Part shown: piece after piece, positions 1 through 8,605 of the stretch | Layout of the letters: each line of letters starts with the position of its first letter | Position numbering within the stretch: the first letter of the stretch is position 1 | NCBI GenBank assembly: GCA_947632595.1 | Contig: CANRPY010000006.1 | Span: 802 to 64,801 of the forward strand | Reading direction: 5' to 3' | DNA from: an uncultured Bacilli bacterium | Lineage (GTDB): Bacteria > Bacillota_I > Bacilli_A > RF39 > UBA660 | DNA length: 64,000 nucleotides | The notes under the pieces: generated by a model | What the model was told of the DNA's origin: nothing | Database searches by the model: none | What the model saw: only the letters and a program-made list of their open reading frames with translations | Translations under genes and position numbers: made by a program

Positions 1-2793
1 TTTAGTTATTTTGATGGTTCTAATATGAATATTACTTGTCTATCATATGGTGGTGGTCTTGCAGGTTACTTTGCTTTTTCACATGGCAATATTATTCATT
101 CTAAAATTCAGGCAACGGGCGCAGGAACACGTGTTGGTGGTATTGTTGGAGAAGGTGGAGGATCTTACCAAAATGCCTATGACGTTGTGATTAATTCTGC
201 TGGATCTAGTTATATTGGTGGTCTTGCAGGTGCTATCGGTGGTAGTTATCTTTGGATACAACATGTAAGAATTAATGTAGATTCCACTAATATTTATGAT
301 TATATTGGTGGATTGGCTGGTTCTGGAACTGGTTCTTACCATTATGCCAATGATATTATTGTTACATGCTCTCATACTGATTCAGAAACTGGAGTGGTTA
401 CAGGTGGTATGACTCAAGTAGGAGGTATGTATGGATATTCTAATGCTAGTTATTCCTATTTGGATAATGCAACGGTTACAAACGAATTAGCTGTTGATAA
501 GTCTGGTGTACCTCTTAGTCAACAAACAGGAGGATATGCAGGACGTGGTGGAGGCTCATCAGCTACCATTAAAAATGTTACCATTACTGCCAAAGCTCAA
601 TCAGGTGCTACAGGTGGATTATTTGGTCGAGTTGATGTTAGTGCATCAAAATTTGCTGCTAGCGTAGTTAATGTTGATGGAGTTAATAACGTTGGAGGAA
701 TTGCTGGATGTACAACAAAAGATGGTCAAATGTTAGACATGCAATTCTCCGGTAGTGTTGTAGCTCATGGTGACTATGTAGGAGGAGTTGTAGGAAAAAT
801 TCTTAATACAGATGATTATCAAAAATCTTCAAGTGCAAAGATTGCTGGAGTTGTTCTTCAAGGAGTTAATGTGGATGCATCTGGTAATCATGTCGCCTTA
901 TTTGCTGGAGATTCTGTCGGTGTATTGAGAGATAAGTTCTTCTATAAAAATGTTTTGGTTGGAAATATTACTTCAGGTATGGGTGATTCTCCATATTATG
1001 GAATTATCTTGCCTTCCTCTGCTACTGGTGTTGAAGAATCTTTCCCACCTATTTCACAACCGCCAGAGAAATATCCAATGGATAGTTATGATAATGCTTA
1101 TGTTTTAAATCCTGTTGATCCATATTCTAGATTCTACGTTTATGAGGGTAACACTTATAATGGTAAAAAGGCAGAAGAATTACGTTCCTTCTTGCCTCAG
1201 ACTCTTAATTCTATTCAACTTGTGGATGATTCCACATTAAGAGAAGAGTCATTCTGGTCTTCGACGTTAGCTGTGGCTGATCGTAGTTACACTGATCAGG
1301 ATGGAAATAAACTAACGGAAAATGGTTATTACCCTCTTGTTAATAATAAAGGAACTGCTGCTAACGAAGTAACGTATCCGGTATTTGCTAATCAAGATAA
1401 AATACCTCTTCCTACTAAGGCAAATACTTATGGTATTAAATCTAGATATATGCTAGGTAGTATGGAACTTCCTACTTTGGATGTTTATAGTAGTGGTATT
1501 GATACGGTTAATATGGAATTTAATGATGTAGCTCCTGATGTTACTATGACTGTTTATGAAGATGGTAAGAAAGTATATTCTGGTAGAATTGAATCTAGAG
1601 TTTATACCTTTGGTTATGATTATCAATCTCAAATTAAAGTATTATTAACGGGAGGATTCCGTAACCAAAAAGAATATACCTATGAACCAGATGATTTGGT
1701 ACATAAGGTTTCTACTTTTGATAATTCCTATGCTTATATTCATGATGGTCAATTAAAAGGAAATATATCTTCTCTTAAGATTACTCCAATTCATATTTAT
1801 GAAGATCTTGTTTTAGCAGATGATCTTGGTATTTATGGTTTATCAAAGGGTAAAATCACTGGTTACAATACTTCTACTGATATGAAAGTAAAAAGTACTG
1901 TTGAACCATTATTCCATTTTGATTTAGGAGTTACTAAGATTGATACTTTCTATAATTATTCCGTTATTCATAAACAGGATACTGATGTTGTTTATGAAGG
2001 ACAGTTATTCTTCCAGAATGGTAACTTAGAATTGGTTGATAAATACTTAGAAAATGATAAGTCAACTGTTCTTGTTAAAACTTCTGGTAATAAGAGTTAT
2101 GTTACTGTACTTGGAAATGATGGATCCCTACATGATTTAAAAGAAGAAATTTCTTTACCAAATGATTTTACTAATTCTGGAATTGAACAGATGAGTAATA
2201 ATATTAAGAATAAAGGTAATATGGTTGTTGTTATGTATACTTCAGGAAGAGTCGTTGTATTTGATTTCTTTACAGGTACTCAAAAAGAAGTAGAGAAAGC
2301 AACAAAGAATGTTTCATTTATTCAATATATGAAAGAGAATTTGAAATTTTCTAATATGTTTGGTACTACATCTAGTATCAAAGCAGATTATGAAAGTAGT
2401 AAAGAATTAAAAGAAAGTTTAGAGAAGAATCCTATTATTCAAGATGGTAATGGAGATTACTTATTGGGAGAAAAATCTAGTAAGGGTGAAGAGACTGAAG
2501 GTAAATATCAATTAGCTTCTAACTATGTTTCTTACTATAATGCTGTTCGTGGTGACTATGAAGTTGTTAATTTAGGAAGTGTAGTTTTAGGAGATGAAGA
2601 TGAAGTCATTACTGAAAATAATAAGATTTATACTTCTAATGATCTTGTAGAATTCTATATGAAAGAGAGTGTTATTGATAAAGCTTCTCATAATGTTAGT
2701 ATTGTAGTTCTACTTGGAATTGTATTATTTAGTGTCTTAGTTGCTTTAGGAATGGCATTTAAGAATGAAAAAGATAAAGAGGAGATCATATGA
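1..2793 (+). CDS. Large GLUG-repeat surface protein with C-terminal membrane anchor, probably 5'-truncated by the window edge
   Basis: Frame 1 is open from nt 1 (no stop before ATG 25) and there is no signal peptide. The N-terminal ~300 aa carry about ten G-G-[LIVM]-[AVFY]-G units (GGLAG x3, GGIVG, GGIAG, GGVVG, GGLFG, GGMYG, GGYAG). C-terminal helix IVVLLGIVLFSVLVALGMAF is followed by KNEKDKEE. No LPxTG and no HExxH. Confidence 0.6.
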   Translation, partial: FSYFDGSNMNITCLSYGGGLAGYFAFSHGNIIHSKIQATGAGTRVGGIVGEGGGSYQNAYDVVINSAGSSYIGGLAGAIGGSYLWIQHVRINVDSTNIYDYIGGLAGSGTGSYHYANDIIVTCSHTDSETGVVTGGMTQVGGMYGYSNASYSYLDNATVTNELAVDKSGVPLSQQTGGYAGRGGGSSATIKNVTITAKAQSGATGGLFGRVDVSASKFAASVVNVDGVNNVGGIAGCTTKDGQMLDMQFSGSVVAHGDYVGGVVGKILNTDDYQKSSSAKIAGVVLQGVNVDASGNHVALFAGDSVGVLRDKFFYKNVLVGNITSGMGDSPYYGIILPSSATGVEESFPPISQPPEKYPMDSYDNAYVLNPVDPYSRFYVYEGNTYNGKKAEELRSFLPQTLNSIQLVDDSTLREESFWSSTLAVADRSYTDQDGNKLTENGYYPLVNNKGTAANEVTYPVFANQDKIPLPTKANTYGIKSRYMLGSMELPTLDVYSSGIDTVNMEFNDVAPDVTMTVYEDGKKVYSGRIESRVYTFGYDYQSQIKVLLTGGFRNQKEYTYEPDDLVHKVSTFDNSYAYIHDGQLKGNISSLKITPIHIYEDLVLADDLGIYGLSKGKITGYNTSTDMKVKSTVEPLFHFDLGVTKIDTFYNYSVIHKQDTDVVYEGQLFFQNGNLELVDKYLENDKSTVLVKTSGNKSYVTVLGNDGSLHDLKEEISLPNDFTNSGIEQMSNNIKNKGNMVVVMYTSGRVVVFDFFTGTQKEVEKATKNVSFIQYMKENLKFSNMFGTTSSIKADYESSKELKESLEKNPIIQDGNGDYLLGEKSSKGEETEGKYQLASNYVSYYNAVRGDYEVVNLGSVVLGDEDEVITENNKIYTSNDLVEFYMKESVIDKASHNVSIVVLLGIVLFSVLVALGMAFKNEKDKEEII

Positions 2794-3389
2794 AAGAGAG
2801 TAAGAATCGTAAAAAAAGTTTTAAAGTAAATAAAAAAGTTTGTGCTATTATTGGAGTAGCAGTAGTTGTCATTTTACTTGTAGTCGGTATTTGTCTATTT
2901 GTAAAGGGTAGAGTTACTGCTTCTTCTCCTAAAGGTATGGCAGAAGAATACCTTGAAAAATATGTAAAATTAGATGATTCTATTGTTTCTAATATTACGT
3001 ATGAATTTAATGATAAATTAACAGCAGAGCAAGAGCAGTTTTATACTTCTGTTATTAAACGTCAATATGAAAAGCTAAGTTATAGTGTTTCTGATTGTGT
3101 GGAAGAAGAGAAGGAAGCTAATGTTACTGTTATGATTACGGTAACGGATTTAAAATCTGCTTATGATCAAGCTGATGCTTATGTAGAATCTCATAGAAAT
3201 AAATATGAAGATAAAGATGGTAATTTTGATACTACTAAGGCTGTTAATTATAAATTAGATCAGGTAGAGAAAGCATCTGAAACGATTAGTTATTCTATAA
3301 ATATCCAATTTTTTAAAGATGATTTAGGAAAATGGGTTATGCAGAATTTAAGTGATGCTGATTTGAAAAAACTTTCAGGAACTTTTTAA
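2790..3389 (+). CDS. Membrane-anchored hypothetical protein (one N-terminal TM, ~150 aa extracytoplasmic domain)
   Basis: ATGA start/stop overlap with the upstream GLUG gene. Lys-rich N-terminus then TM VCAIIGVAVVVILLVVGICLFV. No motif recognised. A terminator follows. Confidence 0.55.
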   Translation: MKESKNRKKSFKVNKKVCAIIGVAVVVILLVVGICLFVKGRVTASSPKGMAEEYLEKYVKLDDSIVSNITYEFNDKLTAEQEQFYTSVIKRQYEKLSYSVSDCVEEEKEANVTVMITVTDLKSAYDQADAYVESHRNKYEDKDGNFDTTKAVNYKLDQVEKASETISYSINIQFFKDDLGKWVMQNLSDADLKKLSGTF

Positions 3390-3416
3390 GGATGATGTGA
3401 ATCATCCTTTTTTTTG
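3388..3416 (+). terminator. Rho-independent terminator
   Basis: Stem AAGGATGAT / ATCATCCTT, 4-nt loop GTGA, then a T7 run, overlapping the stop codon of the 2790-3389 gene. Confidence 0.8.
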
Positions 3417-3458
3417 TATAAGATTTGTGTTATAATTTGTTTAAGTTAGGAGAATTCT

Positions 3459-3866
3459 ATGGATATAGTAGTACGTAAGTATCAAGCTGATGATTATAAA
3501 GTTGTTGATTCTTTGTTATGGGATACTTTTCATTATCATAAGGGGAATGTATCAGATTCTAGAGTCTATGAATTTGTTGGTTGTATAAAGGATGAAGTGG
3601 TTGGTTATTTTAACTTAATGGAAGAGAATGATATTATTTTGAATCAAAAGATTTATCATGTTGGATGGGTATGTGTTGATTCTAATAAGAGAGGTATGGG
3701 AATTGGTCGTTCTATGATGGAATTTGCAATTTCTTTTGCAAAGGAGCATGGGGGATATCGAATGGAACTTACTTCTGGGAATCAAAGAGTTGCTGCTCAT
3801 CATTTGTATCTTTCTTTGGGATTTGAAAAAAGAGATTCTTCTATTTTTCGAAAGGAGTTAGTATGA
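3459..3866 (+). CDS. GNAT family N-acetyltransferase
   Basis: 135 aa. Acetyl-CoA binding signature VCVDSNKRGMGIGRSMM (R/Q-x-x-G-x-G/A). TGtTATAAT promoter at 3426-3436 and an AGGAG RBS. Confidence 0.75.
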   Translation: MDIVVRKYQADDYKVVDSLLWDTFHYHKGNVSDSRVYEFVGCIKDEVVGYFNLMEENDIILNQKIYHVGWVCVDSNKRGMGIGRSMMEFAISFAKEHGGYRMELTSGNQRVAAHHLYLSLGFEKRDSSIFRKELV

Positions 3867-5089
3867 TACTAGATATTATTCATAAAAAAAGACTTGGTAA
3901 GGAGTTAACTTATCAAGAATTGAAAACATTTTTTAATGGATATTTAGAGGGAGATGTTCCTGATTATCAAATGAGTGCTCTTTTAATGGCTATTTGTATT
4001 CATGGGATGAGTGAAGAAGAGATTTTTGCTTTAACCAAGGTTTTTATTGATAGTGGGGATATCTTAAATTTTAGTGATTTACCTGGAATTATTGTTGATA
4101 AACATTCTACTGGTGGAATTGGAGATAAGACTACTTTGGTAATTGCTCCTATTGTTGCTGCATGCGGTGCTACGGTTGTTAAAATGAGTGGTAGAGGACT
4201 TGGATATACAGGTGGTACTATTGATAAATTAGAAAGTATTCCTGGATATCGAATTGATCTTAGTGATGAAGAAATTATTGATCAAGTTCATCAAATTGGA
4301 ATTGTTTTAACAGGGCAAACTGCTGATTTGGTTCCTATGGATAAAGTTGTTTATGCTTTAAGAGATGTGACATCTACAGTGGATTCTATTCCTTTAATGG
4401 CTTCTAGTATTATGAGTAAGAAAATTGCTGGGGGAGCAGATAAAATATTCATTGATGTAAAATATGGAAATGGTGCTCTTCTTACGAAAAAAGACGATGC
4501 GAAAGAATTAGCTGATTTGATGGTAAAAATTGGTAAATGTTATCAAAAAGAAGTTCGTTATACTTTAAGTAATATGAATACTCCTCTTGGAAGAACGGTA
4601 GGAAATAGTTTGGAAGTATTGGAAGCTATTGATGTTTTACGAGGAGTAGAGAAAGACAATCCTTTTGTGGATTTATGTATTGATATTGCAGCTCATATGG
4701 TTAGTATGGCGTTAGAAATTCCTTATGTAGATGCGAGAGGAAAGGTTGTAGAGTCTATTCGAAATGATAGTGCTTATCATAAATTCTTAGAATTAGTTAA
4801 GGCACAGGGCGGAGATTTATCTGGTCTTAAAGTTAGCAATCATTATTCTTTTATCAAATCTCCTTGTTCTGGTGTTATTCGTAAGATTAGTGCTTTGGAG
4901 GTTGGTAAATTGGCTTTTAGACTTGGTGCTGGTAAAGAAAAAATAGATGATCCTATTGATTATACTGTTGGGGTAAAACTTAATAAGTTTGTAGGGGATA
5001 CTGTAAAAAAGGGAGATGTTTTAGCAACTCTTTACTATTCTGATAAAGCTCCTGAATATGAGATAGATAATATTTATAAATTTGAGTAA
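3863..5089 (+). CDS. pdp: Pyrimidine-nucleoside (thymidine) phosphorylase
   Basis: 408 aa. Motifs KHSTGGIGDKTT and SGRGLGYTGGTIDKLESIPG are typical of Pdp/DeoA. ATGA overlap with the GNAT gene. Confidence 0.9.
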   Translation: MILDIIHKKRLGKELTYQELKTFFNGYLEGDVPDYQMSALLMAICIHGMSEEEIFALTKVFIDSGDILNFSDLPGIIVDKHSTGGIGDKTTLVIAPIVAACGATVVKMSGRGLGYTGGTIDKLESIPGYRIDLSDEEIIDQVHQIGIVLTGQTADLVPMDKVVYALRDVTSTVDSIPLMASSIMSKKIAGGADKIFIDVKYGNGALLTKKDDAKELADLMVKIGKCYQKEVRYTLSNMNTPLGRTVGNSLEVLEAIDVLRGVEKDNPFVDLCIDIAAHMVSMALEIPYVDARGKVVESIRNDSAYHKFLELVKAQGGDLSGLKVSNHYSFIKSPCSGVIRKISALEVGKLAFRLGAGKEKIDDPIDYTVGVKLNKFVGDTVKKGDVLATLYYSDKAPEYEIDNIYKFE

Positions 5090-5151
5090 ATTTTACTTGA
5101 AAAATTGGAATTTATGATATAATTGATTTATAAGGTAAGGTGAATATTGAT

Positions 5152-6405
5152 ATGGAAAAAATTTATGAAGAAAATAACAATCGTCCAAAGTCACGTATGC
5201 TTTCTTTTTCAACTGTGCTTTCCTTTGCCGTTGCTTTGTTTGCGATTGTGTCACTTATTGCAGTTGGATTTAACCAAATAAGTTATGCTGCCCCTGAGAC
5301 AAAAGAGATTACTATTAAATTTGGTCAAATTGATGGAAAAGTTGTTCACTTGGAAGGAATATATGGTGCTAGCAAGCAATTATGGGTTCCTATGATGTTT
5401 GAAAATTCTACTGATACAACAGATACCAGCAATCCTGTTATCTTCTGTATGGAAAACTCTAAACGTGCAGGATCAGGAACCTATGAGACAGGTGATGAGC
5501 AACATGATACTTATAGTGATTCTGGATTAATTTATATTTTGAATCAAAGTTCTGTTAATGGAGGGCCTGGTATTGTAGATGATGTTGATAGTCTTGAATA
5601 TCCTGTAGAAGAACTAACAAAACGTGGAAAATTAGAAGCAAATGATAAAAGATATTTAGAGATTTATGCTACTCAAATGGCTATGTGGATGTATTTACAT
5701 GAAAAATATGAGGGTACTGGGGATTCTAGATATGGGAATATTGAGGATTATGATACTTTGAAGGGTGAGTTGGCTGTTCATCTTTCTAATAGTTCAACTC
5801 TTAATCGTACTTTGTTTAAAGGCTATTTCTATAATCATTATATTAGGGATTTAGTTGAAGAAGCTAAAACGGCAAGAAATAGTAAAACAGTTACTGCTGT
5901 TCTTGCATCTGAAAGTATTTCTTTGGTAGGAGATAGTGATACTTATCAAACAGATAAAATTACGGTTCAAGCAAATCCATCTTCTGATTTAGTTAATTAT
6001 TCTGTTGATTTAGAAGGGCTAAATGGTGCTTATGTTGTTGATAAAGATGGTACTACAAGAGATCCTTTATATGTTTTCCAACCATCTGATTACTTCTACA
6101 TTCGTGTTCCTGTTAATAAAGTCACTGATGAGACTAAGAAAGTTACGATTAAGATTGCAGCAGAATTTAAAAATTATGTAGATGGAGAATATTACGTGTC
6201 ACAATCTAGTAAAGATACTGATCAAAAAGTGGTTAAATTGACGCATGAAAATTATCGTGTTGAAAATGCAACTGAGATTTCCTTTGTACCAGCTCCTGAT
6301 ACAGGAATGACAACTGCTCAAACGATTTACTTTATTGGTTTAATAGTATTACTTTGTGGAGTAGGTATCATTTATGCGAATGCAAAACCTGTTGAAGAAA
6401 AGTAA
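5152..6405 (+). CDS. Thioester-domain (TQxA) surface adhesin with C-terminal sortase sorting signal
   Basis: Signal peptide (cleavage near SYA/AP). Cys motif VIFCMENS plus YATQMAMWMY (TQxA-x-W) give the Cys-Gln thioester pair signature. C-terminus is VPAPDTG + hydrophobic helix + KPVEEK. ATG 5152 preferred over GTG 5140 (RBS AAGGTAAGG). TGaTATAAT at 5115-5123. Confidence 0.7.
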   Translation: MEKIYEENNNRPKSRMLSFSTVLSFAVALFAIVSLIAVGFNQISYAAPETKEITIKFGQIDGKVVHLEGIYGASKQLWVPMMFENSTDTTDTSNPVIFCMENSKRAGSGTYETGDEQHDTYSDSGLIYILNQSSVNGGPGIVDDVDSLEYPVEELTKRGKLEANDKRYLEIYATQMAMWMYLHEKYEGTGDSRYGNIEDYDTLKGELAVHLSNSSTLNRTLFKGYFYNHYIRDLVEEAKTARNSKTVTAVLASESISLVGDSDTYQTDKITVQANPSSDLVNYSVDLEGLNGAYVVDKDGTTRDPLYVFQPSDYFYIRVPVNKVTDETKKVTIKIAAEFKNYVDGEYYVSQSSKDTDQKVVKLTHENYRVENATEISFVPAPDTGMTTAQTIYFIGLIVLLCGVGIIYANAKPVEEK

Positions 6406-6409
6406 AAAT

Positions 6410-7027
6410 ATGAAAAGGAGCCAGGCAATGCTGATTGGCTCTTTCCTTGTTTTTGGTGGAGCACTTGTTCTATCATGGAACTATCTTTTAAAAATGCGTG
6501 ATGAAGTTTTTTCTGATATGAAGATTGCTATGATGGGAGTTCCTGCGAATGCGGAAGAAGTTCATCCGGAGGATGTTCCGGGGGCTCCTCCAGAACATTA
6601 TGAAGAAACTTATGAAATTGATTATAGTAAATATTATGGAGTACTTGAAATTCCAAAGATTGGATTAAAAAGGGGATTCTACAATGTAGGTTCAAAGTAT
6701 AATAACATTCAAAACAATGTCACAATGGTAAGTGGGTCTACTCCTCCTAATGAAGGAGTTGGAAATCTTATTTTAATGGCTCATTCCGGTGACTCTTGGA
6801 TTTCCTATTTCGCCTATTTATATCGATTAGGAATCGGTGATGAATGTAGTATTACGATGAATGGAGGATCTACATACCGTTATCAAATTGTTGATATTTA
6901 TCAAGTAAATAAATCAGGAATGCTTGTTTTAAAGTGGAATCATGATAAGACAACACTTACTTTAGTTACTTGTACAAAGGATAATGATTCCCAACAAACG
7001 GTATATGTTGCAGAATATATTGGCTAG
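6410..7027 (+). CDS. Sortase-family transpeptidase (His and Cys present, catalytic Arg not detectable)
   Basis: N-terminal TM, LILMAHSGD (His) and TLTLVTCT (Cys). The 17 residues after the Cys (TKDNDSQQTVYVAEYIG*) contain no Arg. Start moved to ATG 6410, just after the substrate gene stop; ORF-track start 6374 overlaps that gene. Confidence 0.75.
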   Translation: MKRSQAMLIGSFLVFGGALVLSWNYLLKMRDEVFSDMKIAMMGVPANAEEVHPEDVPGAPPEHYEETYEIDYSKYYGVLEIPKIGLKRGFYNVGSKYNNIQNNVTMVSGSTPPNEGVGNLILMAHSGDSWISYFAYLYRLGIGDECSITMNGGSTYRYQIVDIYQVNKSGMLVLKWNHDKTTLTLVTCTKDNDSQQTVYVAEYIG

Positions 7028-7041
7028 AAGAAGGTGATAAA

Positions 7042-7614
7042 ATGGAGTTGTCTTTGATAGAAAAAATAGGTGTTATTTTTCGTTATCTATTTTCTTCTTT
7101 TCTATCAATAGAGATGTTTATTATATCCTTTCTTTTATTTTTGATTTTAATTTGTGATTTAAAGAAAAATAATCGAATTGTTCAAGTGATTGCGATTGGA
7201 GTATATTTTGGATTTATTATTGGTATCTTTATTAGTTATACTGCTTATGTAAGAAATTCTTTTGATTCTTTTGTAAAAGCTATTATGAATTATATTTATT
7301 TTCCCTCTACGATTGTCTATTTTTTTATCATGATGTTTGTTGCGATGCTTTTACTATATACTTTATTTAGTAAGAGGCTCTCTGTTTTTAAAAAGATTGT
7401 CAATTACTCTGTTTTTAGTATTTTATTTTTCTTTTTTATGTCTTTTTTAACTTTGGCATCTTACAATAGTTATGATTTGATGGATATTCCTACTCTGTAT
7501 GAGAATGATACTGTTTTATCTTTGGTACAACTTAGTAATTTATTATTATTTTTATGGATTTTATTTACAGGGTTTTATTACTTATATCATTATTTTAAAA
7601 AGAAATTTGATTAA
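7042..7614 (+). CDS. Polytopic integral membrane protein, unknown function
   Basis: 190 aa, about 5-6 hydrophobic helices. Lies 14 nt after the sortase stop with RBS GAAGGTG. No recognisable motif. Confidence 0.5.
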   Translation: MELSLIEKIGVIFRYLFSSFLSIEMFIISFLLFLILICDLKKNNRIVQVIAIGVYFGFIIGIFISYTAYVRNSFDSFVKAIMNYIYFPSTIVYFFIMMFVAMLLLYTLFSKRLSVFKKIVNYSVFSILFFFFMSFLTLASYNSYDLMDIPTLYENDTVLSLVQLSNLLLFLWILFTGFYYLYHYFKKKFD

Positions 7615-7620
7615 AAAAAT

Positions 7621-7642
7621 AAAGATTGGATTACCAATCTTT
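7621..7642. terminator. Bidirectional hairpin terminator between convergent genes
   Basis: AAAGATTGG-ATTA-CCAATCTTT, flanked by an A-run upstream and a T-run downstream. It contains the stop codon of the minus-strand VanY-like gene. Confidence 0.7.
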
Positions 7643-8539
7643 TATTTTTGTTGCGTAGTATTCTTCTAATGTAATGTTGTGTTCTTTGATATAGGTTGCT
7701 ATTTCTACTCCTACATAACGATAGTGCCATTCTTCTACTTCGTATCCGGTTTCTTTTTCTTTTCCTTCTGGAAATCTTAAAATAAATCCATATTCATGAG
7801 CATGTTGTTGCATCCATTCATATTCTTTTGTCTTTCCAAAATTTGTATAGTTTTCTTTTTTATTATAGACATCTACTGCAAGGCCTGTTTGGTGTTCTGA
7901 ATGGCCTGGTCTACCTGAATAGGTATCTGCTTTTTCAACACCATCTTCTTTGGCGTAACGGTTATATAAGTTTACTTGGTATTGATAACTACGATAGGTA
8001 GACATGGCGATGATTTGTAAGTTTTCTTCTTTTGCTTTTTTAGAAAGAGATTCAAATGCTTCTTTTGCGGGTTTTACAAGTCTCATATTACTGGATGCAT
8101 ACTTGGTATCTATCGTTTCTAGATTATCTGGTACATAGTTTTCGTCTAGATAATAATATTTATTCACCAGTACTTTTTCTGTATTGGTATTTTTAGATGG
8201 TAGTCTATATTCATAGGGAATTTGATCTAAGTTCATATTTACATCTTTTATAATTTGTGTTTCTTCTAGTTCTTTATTGTTTAATTGATACGCTAAATAT
8301 CTATCTAAATAGTCTTTATTATAATAGTCTATTTCTTTTCCTATTTTTTCAAATTCTTTTTGTTTTTCTGTTACTTGATTTTCTTTTTTCTCAACTTTCT
8401 TTTCTTCTTTTTTGGTAAATACTTTGGGTAGGTTCCATAACAAAAATAAGATGAGTAGGGCTATTAGGATATTTTTCCATTTGATATGAATTTTTTTCTT
8501 TTTTCGAATGGTATTCATAAGATCACCCATTCCTATCAT
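7631..8539 (-). CDS. VanY/M15B-family D-alanyl-D-alanine (LD/DD) carboxypeptidase, membrane anchored
   Basis: Zn-peptidase motifs GRPGHSEHQTGLAVD and EEWHYRYVG, plus an N-terminal TM. The start may be the internal ATG at 8518 (MNTIRKKKK). Confidence 0.8.
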   Translation of the reverse strand: MIGMGDLMNTIRKKKKIHIKWKNILIALLILFLLWNLPKVFTKKEEKKVEKKENQVTEKQKEFEKIGKEIDYYNKDYLDRYLAYQLNNKELEETQIIKDVNMNLDQIPYEYRLPSKNTNTEKVLVNKYYYLDENYVPDNLETIDTKYASSNMRLVKPAKEAFESLSKKAKEENLQIIAMSTYRSYQYQVNLYNRYAKEDGVEKADTYSGRPGHSEHQTGLAVDVYNKKENYTNFGKTKEYEWMQQHAHEYGFILRFPEGKEKETGYEVEEWHYRYVGVEIATYIKEHNITLEEYYATKIKDW

Positions 8540-8605
8540 ATCATTAATTTTTTCTTTTATTCATAAAATCTTTTTTTCCTCATATAAAATTTTAGGAGGA
8601 TTTGT

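Noticed and set aside
1-2793. The GLUG protein considered as an IgA-protease-type or zinc metalloprotease.
   Set aside because: The visible 922 aa contain no HExxH or other protease active-site motif. Only the repeat type is shared. The missing N-terminus could change this.
6374-6409. An upstream ATG extending the sortase ORF into the adhesin gene.
   Set aside because: The extension overlaps the adhesin's charged tail and stop. ATG 6410 gives a normal N-terminal signal-anchor (MKRSQAMLIGSFLVFGG).
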